From Woeseiaceae bacterium (lineage in GTDB: Bacteria; Pseudomonadota; Gammaproteobacteria; Steroidobacterales; Woeseiaceae), in NCBI GenBank assembly GCA_965224505.1, contig CBDCZL010000018.1, positions 2,963,847-3,027,846 on the forward strand: a stretch of DNA of 64,000 nucleotides, read 5' to 3'. This document shows positions 19,562-27,270 of this stretch, piece by piece. The notes below the pieces were generated by a model. It saw only the letters and a program-made list of their open reading frames with translations, searched no databases and was not told the DNA's origin. How positions within the stretch are numbered: the first letter of the stretch is position 1; each line of letters opens with the position of its first letter. Position numbers and translations under genes: made by a program.

Positions 19562-21205
19562 ATGAGCGAAACAAAGGGTCGACGCGTAGCCATCTACGCC
19601 CGTTACTCGAGCGATCTCCAAAGCGATTCCTCTGTCGAAGATCAGATCCGCCTCTGCAGCGAATTCGCTGAATCCAAGACCTGGAACCTTGCAGGCCAGT
19701 ACTGCGACGCCGGGCTTTCCGGTGCTTCGTTGATGCGACCCGGAATCCAGCAGCTGATTACCGACGCGCTGGCGGGCGAGTTTGACGTCGTATTAGCCGA
19801 AGCACTCGACCGCATTTCGCGGGACCAGGAAGACATTGCCGGCGTCTACAAGCGAATGGAATTCGCTGGCGTTGAGATCGTCACACTCTCTGAAGGCCCG
19901 ATCTCCTCCCTGCACATTGGCCTGAAAGGCACGATGAATGCCTTGTTCCTGAAGGACCTCGCCGACAAGACACGGCGGGGACTGCGCGGCCGAGTGGAAC
20001 GCGGCAAATCGGGCGGCGGAATCGCTTACGGCTATGAGGTTGTTAAGCGATTCGATCTGGAGGGAAATCCCTTGCGAGGCGACCGGTCCATCAACGAGGA
20101 CCAGGCACAGATCGTGCGGCGAATTTTCGAGGATTACTCGCGCAACCTGTCGCCGAGAGCCATCGCGTCACAACTGAACTCAGAGGGCGTACCCTCACCG
20201 TCGGGTAAGACCTGGTCGCAGTCCGCGATTAACGGCAATAGACGACGCGGTACAGGCATTTTGAACAACGAACTCTACATTGGGAATCTGGTTTGGAACC
20301 GCCAGCGGTTCATCAAAGATCCGGATTCGGGCAAGCGCGTTACCCGGCTCAACGACGAGAGCGAGTGGATCATTCAGGAGGTTCCTGAGCTGCGCATCGT
20401 CCCTCAAGAATTGTGGGACGAAGCAAAGGCGCGTCAAAAAGAACTCGATACCAGGAAACCCGGCTTGTGGCGACGAAACCGACCTCGCTACCTGCTATCG
20501 GGTCTCATCAAGTGCGGCGAATGCGGGGGCGGATATTCGAAGATCAACACCACCCATTACGGTTGCTCGGCAACCAGGAACAAAGGTGAAAGCGTTTGCA
20601 CAAACCGTAAGACGATGGCTAAGAACCAACTGGAGGGAGCGGTTCTCAAGGCTTTACAGACCCACCTGTTGCGAGACGATCTTGTTGAAACTTTCTGCCA
20701 GGAGTACGCGCAACATTTGAACGAGCTCAGGAAGGCCCAACATGCGGCTAAACGCGCAAAACAAGCTGAGCTCCGTCAATTGAAGAAAAGGCAGGAGCAA
20801 GTCATACAGTCGATCTACAACGGCGTCGACGCGAGAATGATCAAGGACGAGTCCAGGTACATCGCCGACCGGATGGAGGAGCTGGAAGCTGAAGAAGCTC
20901 AGCAGCAAGAGCAACCGCCACCCAAACCGCTGGTACACCCGGCGATGGCAGACCGCTATCGAGAGGAAGTAGAGAACCTGAGAGAGGCGCTTAATCGCAA
21001 GAATGCGCAAGCTGAAGCATCAGAGCACCTGCGTGCGCTCATCGGGAAGATAGTGCTCACACCGGAACCGGGGCGAGAAGATCTGCGCATCGATCTGCAC
21101 GGAGACCTGGCCGGAATCCTACAAATAGCCAGCCAAAAACAAGCTCGGCCCGGAAACGAAACCATTTCCGGGCCGAACAAGATAGCGTTGGTAGCGGGGG
21201 CGTGA
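19562..21205 (+). CDS. Large serine recombinase
   Basis: N-terminal resolvase motif VAIYARYSSDLQ...EDQ...SRD, a recombinase domain, the zinc ribbon CGECGGGYSKINTTHYGCSATRNKGESVC, and a coiled-coil tail. The last codons (LVAGA-stop) lie inside the attC-like repeat at 21189..21293. Confidence 0.9.
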   Translation: MSETKGRRVAIYARYSSDLQSDSSVEDQIRLCSEFAESKTWNLAGQYCDAGLSGASLMRPGIQQLITDALAGEFDVVLAEALDRISRDQEDIAGVYKRMEFAGVEIVTLSEGPISSLHIGLKGTMNALFLKDLADKTRRGLRGRVERGKSGGGIAYGYEVVKRFDLEGNPLRGDRSINEDQAQIVRRIFEDYSRNLSPRAIASQLNSEGVPSPSGKTWSQSAINGNRRRGTGILNNELYIGNLVWNRQRFIKDPDSGKRVTRLNDESEWIIQEVPELRIVPQELWDEAKARQKELDTRKPGLWRRNRPRYLLSGLIKCGECGGGYSKINTTHYGCSATRNKGESVCTNRKTMAKNQLEGAVLKALQTHLLRDDLVETFCQEYAQHLNELRKAQHAAKRAKQAELRQLKKRQEQVIQSIYNGVDARMIKDESRYIADRMEELEAEEAQQQEQPPPKPLVHPAMADRYREEVENLREALNRKNAQAEASEHLRALIGKIVLTPEPGREDLRIDLHGDLAGILQIASQKQARPGNETISGPNKIALVAGA

Positions 21206-21293
21206 TTTGCCCTGTTCCGACAGCTCGAAAGCGAGTCCGTTTGAAGTAGCTCAGGTCTCCAAGCTGGCTTCGCCCGGGCCAAATGCCCGCTTC
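21189..21293 (-). repeat. attC-like repeat, subtype ending CCCCCGCTACCA
   Basis: Minus strand: TAA-GAAGCGGGCATTTGGCCCGGGCGAAGCC ... CACGCCCCCGCTACCAAC. The plus-strand TGGTAGCGGGGG at 21189..21200 is identical to 12675..12686 and 23329..23340. Confidence 0.4.
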
Positions 21294-22232
21294 TTAGTAC
21301 ATTGTCACTTGTATGCTGGTATCAGGATTCAAGTCCTCCCGTGGATCAGTAACGAGTCCGGCAGGGAAATCCACCCGCAGAGGCAAACCGGCGCGGTCGA
21401 GGCACAGCAGGTGATTATTGTCACCATCGCCACGATCCGCGATTGCGTAAGGCACCAGTTCAGTCTCGCCTGCGTCGTTGAATGACATGGTCACCCGATA
21501 CGCTGCGCGCTCGATGTCATCGATCTCCTTGCCGCCCGGCTTGGTGACGCCACCAGCCCAGGTCACCCGGACGACTTGCTGAGTACCGGTCGGACATCTG
21601 TCGCCACCGCCAAATGGCAGGGGGGTAGCGGGCTTGCCGAGTTCCCAATCTGGTTCCGGAACGACCTCGGACCATACCAGCGTCGGGCCCGCTTCCAGCG
21701 CTACTACCGATGACTGTATGCCGCGGAAATTAAGCTGCCCATCCTTCGACAGAAGATTGCCAACGATCTTCACGCTAATCGGCTGATCCTCGGCGCTGCC
21801 GTACTCGCCGACGACGAGAATGGTTCGAATCTCACCGGGATCATTGGCGGGCGCTGGCGTGACACAAGTAATCTCTCCGACGGACGCGGATTCGGCGACG
21901 ATTCGAAAGTCCCCAGCCTGCATCGTCTCGGCATCGATCTCGTGAGAGAAGATGACCGGCATCCCGTCCGCCCCGGCAGCCCCTCGACAGATGCCCCTGT
22001 CGCTTATGTCTGGCAACCCGTTGTCGAGCCCGAAGAAGGCCGAAAGAAGAGTCGCCTGTCTGCCGCTCAAATCGGTGGTCGCGGTAACATCAGTGATCGT
22101 CGTGTCCTCCTGAGTCGAGTCAGACAAGGCGCTCATCTCGCTGGCTTGCTGCATCAACTCAAGCCTCGCGCAACCGGTCACGTGTACGCCGATCAGGAAC
22201 CAGAACAGAATCGATATGTATTGGAAACGCAT
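21294..22232 (-). CDS. Putative lipoprotein, function unknown
   Basis: 312 aa with a signal peptide and a lipobox-like HVTGC. No family was recognised. Confidence 0.55.
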   Translation of the reverse strand: MRFQYISILFWFLIGVHVTGCARLELMQQASEMSALSDSTQEDTTITDVTATTDLSGRQATLLSAFFGLDNGLPDISDRGICRGAAGADGMPVIFSHEIDAETMQAGDFRIVAESASVGEITCVTPAPANDPGEIRTILVVGEYGSAEDQPISVKIVGNLLSKDGQLNFRGIQSSVVALEAGPTLVWSEVVPEPDWELGKPATPLPFGGGDRCPTGTQQVVRVTWAGGVTKPGGKEIDDIERAAYRVTMSFNDAGETELVPYAIADRGDGDNNHLLCLDRAGLPLRVDFPAGLVTDPREDLNPDTSIQVTMY

Positions 22233-22534
22233 AGCCTCTGCCTCTTATTGGAATGCTCGACCGCTTCCGGTCAGCTGCGAGAGATTTGTAGAAGTCGAAA
22301 ATGATCAACACCAGAGTTGTTCGGATATAGTGTAGGGCTCGGCGGGAGGCATCTGCGTGCTGGCTTAGATACTTAAGATTATTAGACTATTTCGGGCATG
22401 ACTTTCTCTAGACTCACTTTCTTTACCGGTGGATCTTAAACCTTGGGCTTCGCTTGGCCTTTAGTCGCCTCGTTGATCACAATAATGCGTTTGATTCTGC
22501 GCAAAATAGAAACTGGTTTACATTTCGGCAAAAA

Positions 22535-23251
22535 ATGGACGTTGTGAGATCTCTGGCCGCATGCCCGGTCCTGTCCAAACTGTCAGACACAGTTCTTGTT
22601 GAATTGGCTGGCAAGTCTAAGGTGAGACACGTTGAATCAGGGGCAATTATCTATGAACGCCAGACCTATCCGGACTGTTTGACGGTACTCGCCAGCGGAC
22701 AGGTCACTTTTTCTGTCCTGAATGCGGATGGGAAGCAGGCCATCATCTGGCGATTGCAGGCGACGACCTGGTTCGGAGCTGACGTATTTTCGCCCGGCTT
22801 GCCACGCGTGTTCCGGGCGAGCGCCCATACAGACGTGTCGCTGATCGAAGTACCTGGACAGAATTTTCGTGATGCCTTAAGAGACAACCCTGATGCCGCA
22901 ATGGATGCCCTGTCCAAGCTCGGGCGGAGAACATGGGCCTTCATGTGCCTGGCAGAGGATGACAGGGTTCACGACACCAAAGTCCGTTTGATGCGCCGTC
23001 TCGTGCTGATGGCGGAATATGCAGGGTCTTCGCTATTGGATTCTGCGTCGCCGGAGTTTGAAATGACACAAGATGACCTGGCCCAGATTCTAGGCATGAC
23101 ACGCCAGGGAATCAGGTCTGCCCTGAAAGAACTGGCAACCCTGGGCTTGATGGATCTCTCCTACAAGAAGGTTTCTCTTCGCTCTCTCTCCCGGATCAAG
23201 AAGTTTCTTCAGAACGAGGCGGACATTGTCATTCCGCAACTGACCGAATGA
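22535..23251 (+). CDS. Crp/Fnr-family transcriptional regulator
   Basis: ORF 22454..23251, with a probable start at Met 22535. It has a cNMP-binding-like N-terminal domain and the C-terminal HTH TQDDLAQILGMTRQGIRSALKEL. Confidence 0.75.
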   Translation: MDVVRSLAACPVLSKLSDTVLVELAGKSKVRHVESGAIIYERQTYPDCLTVLASGQVTFSVLNADGKQAIIWRLQATTWFGADVFSPGLPRVFRASAHTDVSLIEVPGQNFRDALRDNPDAAMDALSKLGRRTWAFMCLAEDDRVHDTKVRLMRRLVLMAEYAGSSLLDSASPEFEMTQDDLAQILGMTRQGIRSALKELATLGLMDLSYKKVSLRSLSRIKKFLQNEADIVIPQLTE

Positions 23252-23297
23252 ACATGCGGTTTGAAGACCCAGTTTCCGGTATTCCGCGGGTTTGATC

Positions 23298-23329
23298 AAC
23301 AATAAAGGCCGACCCCACTGGGGTCGGCG
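23298..23329 (+). terminator. Rho-independent terminator of the crp-like gene
   Basis: Stem GCCGACCCC-ACT-GGGGTCGGC followed by GCTTTTTGTTT. Confidence 0.6.
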
Positions 23330-23422
23330 CTTTTTGTTTGGTAGCGGGGGTTGGCTGCCAACGCTATCAAGCACTGGTCACAGCGATGGATATTCTTACC
23401 AGCCGGCCACACTCAAAGACGC
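23329..23422 (-). repeat. attC-like repeat, subtype ending CCCCCGCTACCA, after the higA stop
   Basis: It aligns with 12675..12740. The plus-strand GGCCA box is at 23405. Confidence 0.4.
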
Positions 23423-23731
23423 TCAAAGCGCCGCCGTCTGTGCCCTGACGACCTTGGGAGCAGGTTGCTGCATCGCCTGCCAAAGATCGTAGTCCACCTG
23501 CATTCTTAGCCAGCTCTCGGCACTCGGACCACGCTTCGGGCCTCCGAGCCATGCCTCCAGTCGCCTGGCCATGTCGGCAGAAATTCCGGACTGCCCATTG
23601 ATCAGACGCGACAACGTCACTCGCGCAACCCCGAGCTGCTTAGCGGCTGCCGTCACCGACAGATCCAACGCCGGCAGGATATCCTCCCGGATCGACTCAC
23701 CCGGGTGCGGGGGATTGTGCATTCGTCCCAT
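23423..23731 (-). CDS. higA: HigA-family antitoxin (XRE HTH)
   Basis: MGRMHNPPHPGESIRE...AAKQLGVARVTLSRLINGQSGISADMARRL. It lies directly downstream of the higB-like gene. Confidence 0.8.
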   Translation of the reverse strand: MGRMHNPPHPGESIREDILPALDLSVTAAAKQLGVARVTLSRLINGQSGISADMARRLEAWLGGPKRGPSAESWLRMQVDYDLWQAMQQPAPKVVRAQTAAL

Positions 23732-23744
23732 GATTCCTGGCCTC

Positions 23745-24023
23745 TTAGTGGTAGTCCTGATAGTCAACGAGGACGGCATCTTCGCCCTCGAACGCAAACG
23801 TCAATCTCCAGTTTCCGCTCACCCAAACCGACCAATGACCTTTCTGGTCGCCCTTCAATGGATGGAGCTTCCAGCCTGGCACATTCATGTCCTGAGGGCG
23901 CTGAGCGACATCCAATCGTTGCAACTGACGCGCCAGCTTAGGGGCGTGCGCCGCCTGAATGCCCGACTTGGTCCCTCTCAGGAAGAAGCGTTCAACACCC
24001 TTGTGGCGGAAACTCTTTATCAC
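23745..24023 (-). CDS. higB: HigB-like toxin (RelE/ParE superfamily, plasmid-maintenance killer type)
   Basis: 92 aa with a GTG start: (M)IKSFRHKGVERFF...LHPLKGDQKGHWSVWVSGNWRLTFAFEGEDAVLVDYQDYH. Toxin-first gene order, as in the higBA family. Confidence 0.8.
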   Translation of the reverse strand: MIKSFRHKGVERFFLRGTKSGIQAAHAPKLARQLQRLDVAQRPQDMNVPGWKLHPLKGDQKGHWSVWVSGNWRLTFAFEGEDAVLVDYQDYH

Positions 24024-24032
24024 CGCAGTAAT

Positions 24033-24049
24033 GTATCGCGTAACGATAC
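24033..24049. promoter_or_regulatory. Palindrome in the higBA promoter region (candidate HigA operator)
   Basis: GTATCG-CGTAA-CGATAC, 10 nt upstream of the higB start. It overlaps a second dyad, CGCGT...ACGCG. Confidence 0.4.
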
Positions 24050-24105
24050 ACGCGTCAATCTATTCGGCCGACGTTTCTCGTCTTGATGGACCCGAGCTCG
24101 CCGAT

Positions 24106-24245
24106 CTGAACAACGAATCGCGAAATGGATGCCAGAGGACCATTGAAGACGGCCCTACCCAAACGACCGCAATTCGCCAGAGCAGTCGTCTAAGCGTCTG
24201 CAGCACTTCCCGTGAAACAGTCGCTTCGCGGCCAATTCCGGTCGC
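24106..24245 (-). repeat. attC-like repeat between the hydrolase and higBA cassettes
   Basis: Minus strand: ...GACCGGAATTGGCCGCGAAGCGACTG ... CATTTCGCGATTCGTTGTTCAGATCGG. It is more diverged than the other copies. Confidence 0.3.
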
Positions 24246-24268
24246 CTAGATTTAATGCCGCGCACCTG

Positions 24269-26031
24269 TCAGAACTCAGGAGGGGGCACAATGATCTCCC
24301 GACCATGGACTTGCTCACCACGCATGAACTTGCGGATGATGTCCGAGACTTCCGGAGAAATCATGAACAAGTTGTGGCCGCCGTTTATAACGGTGACGAG
24401 TTGCCGGTTTTCCAGTTTCGATACTGCTTCTCGTTGGCTGTCAAAATATGTGCGCCCGTCCAGCGTCCCACTTATTAGCAACACGGGAACATCAGAGACG
24501 GGATTTTCCCGGAATGCATCGCCTAGATCGTACGACGGTGCGACATCAGCAAGGTAAATCGTGTCATTCAGAAATTGGCCTAGCAGAGACGATTTCGCCT
24601 GCTGGTCGATGAGCGCCCGGCGGGCAAAACTAACGCCGGAGGCAATATCCATCATCACCGGCATAAGTTTGAATGAAATAGCGGCGCTGGTGGGCCGTGC
24701 GGTAAATTCGGTGACTTTCAGTCGCATCACAACGCCCTTGGGCAAGGCGAGCGAGCGCAGGACTGGCCGTCGCCAATTCAAGCGAGCTCAACGCCGCCGA
24801 AGGGCGTTGTGGTGCGACCCACCGGGAGCCCTTCTCAAGGGGCATACCGGTGTTGAAGTGGCTTGACATAGCCCGGCTATGCCGGCACCGCTTCGCCTGG
24901 GTCTGCCCCTTGAGAAGGACTCTGAAAGTGACCGAATTTACCGCACGGCCCACTAGGTTTGTCCCACCGCCTTAGAAACCCCGCTAGAGGCTCAGTTTGC
25001 CCTTTTTCCAACGCTACATAGATATGTACCAAATCTGCTGCAAATCGATTCGGGTCGGCAATCATCGCTGCTGCGAACCTCTGCATGCCGCGGCGCTGAA
25101 AAACCACTTTGACAGTCTCCCTGTCTTCTTGCGGTATCTCTAGCTCGAGCGGCGACTCCCCAAGTCGGGCATGTACGCGGCGCATTACTGCTTTGATGTC
25201 GAGTGACGCTGCTCCCTCACTCGATTGGGAGTAAATCGCTTCTTGTAGTCGGCCGAAATACTCATCAGTACGCGTTGGCAGCTTAATGGTCTGATCGAGC
25301 CCTTCGGCGCTGGCGATGATGACTCGATCAATGTGATCGTTCATTTGCTTGATTGCCGCAAGCGCAAGGTGTGATCCGTAGGAGATTCCCCAAAGGGACA
25401 GTTTCTCCGCACCAAGGTGGCGACGCAGGGCATCCAGATCCGCGGCATTTTCCTGCGTGTTGTAGCCGCCAAAGTCGATGCCTTGGTCTTGCCAGTAGGC
25501 TATGCACTCCTTGAGCGCGCTCTTCTGCAATTCGACGAACGACTCGTCTGTTGTTTCAGAAGAATCCACGGCATGCTTGGATGAAGTACAAAGTGGCGTG
25601 TCGTCTGAAGCACCTGTCCCCCGTTGGTCGAGCGCGATTACATCACCGAACTCGCGAAGCGCCATAAACAGCGGGAAACGCCAACTGCCTGCGAACCAGA
25701 TTCCCGACCCGCCTGGGCCGCCCGCTAGATAGACAATCGGTGGCCCCGAATCGGGATCCGTTGCTGGAAATCGCAAGTAATGCAGCGTCAGCATCCTGCT
25801 GCCCGGTTCAGACCGGTTTTCGGGAACTTCGAACGTACCCCGGTATGCTTCGACGACCTCGCCGGATTGTGACTCGAACGCAATGCTGACTTCGTTCGTT
25901 TCAGTCGCGGCTGGTAACGAATCCGATGGTGAGCAAGCGGAGAGGGGCGTCAGTGCTGCAATTGACACGATCTGGGCCAGGAGAAATACGACATTGCGGC
26001 TTTTGCGATGCGTCACATCAAGATTGGTCAA
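24269..26031 (-). pseudogene. Alpha/beta hydrolase (S33-like aminopeptidase/esterase) split by a MITE
   Basis: The N-terminal fragment 24877..26031 has YLAGGPGGSG and the nucleophile elbow GISYGS. The C-terminal fragment 24269..24781 has ...LISGTLDGRT...INGGHNLF. Removing 24691..24952 plus one 4-bp flank joins ...RRWDKP to SAAISFKLMP... in frame, giving about 498 aa. Confidence 0.8.
24691..24952 (+). mobile_element. 262-bp MITE, copy 1
   Basis: Terminal inverted repeats of about 33 nt (TGGGCCGTGCGGTAAATTCGGTSACTTTCAG...). Flanks are CTGG on the left and CTAG on the right. There is no coding capacity beyond a spurious ORF. Confidence 0.85.
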
Positions 26032-26056
26032 AGTCCAGTTCCTGTGGCGAATGTTA

Positions 26057-26173
26057 GCAATGGGTCATCAACGGAGATTGTAGCGCAATCGTAATGACGG
26101 GCAGGAATGCCGATCGAAGCCGTCATTCGGTCCGACAGCAAGTTTGTCTCCGCAGTCGGCCAGAACCGGCCGG
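26057..26173 (-). repeat. attC-like cassette-boundary repeat (best-preserved copy)
   Basis: Minus strand: TGA-CCGGCCGGTTCTGGCCGACTGCGGAGA...(central stem AATGACGG/CCGTCATT)...TCTCCGTTGATGACCCATTGC. The outer arms pair at 12 of 15 positions when G-U pairs are counted. Confidence 0.5.
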
Positions 26174-26869
26174 TCACTCGTCAGTCGACAACACCGAATC
26201 CGACAAGACCCTAGCGGCGACCGGATCAACGTCCAAAATACGGACTGATCCTTCTCGACTATAGAGTAGTAAATGTGACGTTTCGCTCACATAGAAATAG
26301 TCGAATAGCCCTCCAACTGATTCCGTGAGTACATTGATCGTCTTGCCATTAGTTGACACTAAGATCATCTGCGCCTCGCGAGAATCTTCGGCCTCGGAGT
26401 CAGAGTTTGTCACCAACATCACAATTCCAGTAACAACTCGATCGCGGGTGCGCTCCGGATCGGCATCATCTTCCGAATACCGATACAAAAACTGATGATC
26501 GACGATTTCATTGGCCGAATCCTCGAAAAGCCAATGTGCTTTGCGTGATTCAATGTCAAAAAATAGCCAGTTTCGGGCGTTTCCGCGCCCGGAGCCTGAG
26601 CCACCAAATTTTGCCGGGCTCGCCAAGGTTGCGTACAAGAAATCCGTACCTTCAAGACGACGGAATCCGCCTAGCGACAGGTCATCGGCGGCAATATCTT
26701 CTCCGGCAACGTCGGCTAACTGGTCTCTCGGTCTGTCGTTGCCGCCGAACAGTCCAGATTCGATAATCAATGCCAAGAGCGCGACCAAGCTCACGAGAGC
26801 GATAACCAGGACAACAACGCCATTTATTCGCCATACCCATGTGAAAAATTTGTCTGTCTTGCTAGTCAT
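26174..26869 (-). CDS. Membrane-anchored hypothetical protein (cassette-borne)
   Basis: 231 aa with a single N-terminal TM helix (VVVLVIALVSLVALLALIIESGLF). No family was recognised. Confidence 0.5.
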   Translation of the reverse strand: MTSKTDKFFTWVWRINGVVVLVIALVSLVALLALIIESGLFGGNDRPRDQLADVAGEDIAADDLSLGGFRRLEGTDFLYATLASPAKFGGSGSGRGNARNWLFFDIESRKAHWLFEDSANEIVDHQFLYRYSEDDADPERTRDRVVTGIVMLVTNSDSEAEDSREAQMILVSTNGKTINVLTESVGGLFDYFYVSETSHLLLYSREGSVRILDVDPVAARVLSDSVLSTDE

Positions 26870-27270
26870 GATTGGAGGTCTACTAACGCTCCCTTGTTAG
26901 TTCTTCGGTGTATTCCTGAACGGCTGCTGTGTCAAAGTCAGAAGTTTACCTCAACTCGAAAACCGCCGTTCGAACGTCGGATAACCACAGAAAACCAGAC
27001 CGTTCTGGCACCAAAATACAGTCTCCAACAACAAGACGCGCGAAAAAACGCGCCCAGGCTGCCAGGTCACGATTCTGCGCGTGTCGTCGACACTCATGGA
27101 ACAGGTCTCATCGGCCTGCCAGTTGCGTTTCAACAAGGTTTTCCTGCGTTCGCTGATCACGCGCCTGCAGGGCAGCGGCGGCGCCAATACATAGGCACTT
27201 CCAGACCCGGTCTAAGACATCTGGTTGTTTGTGTTGTACGCTACCCGCAATCGTACGGTGGGTAGTGAAC

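Noticed and set aside
12440-27200. The possibility that the interspersed repeats form a CRISPR array.
   Set aside because: The repeats are 55-185 nt long, imperfect and variable in length. They are separated by kilobase-scale protein-coding genes. There are no cas genes.
26870-27270. A possible intI remnant or attI at the proximal end of the cassette array.
   Set aside because: No frame in this 400-nt interval shows tyrosine-recombinase motifs. Only degenerate copies of the cassette-repeat boxes and two small hairpins are visible.
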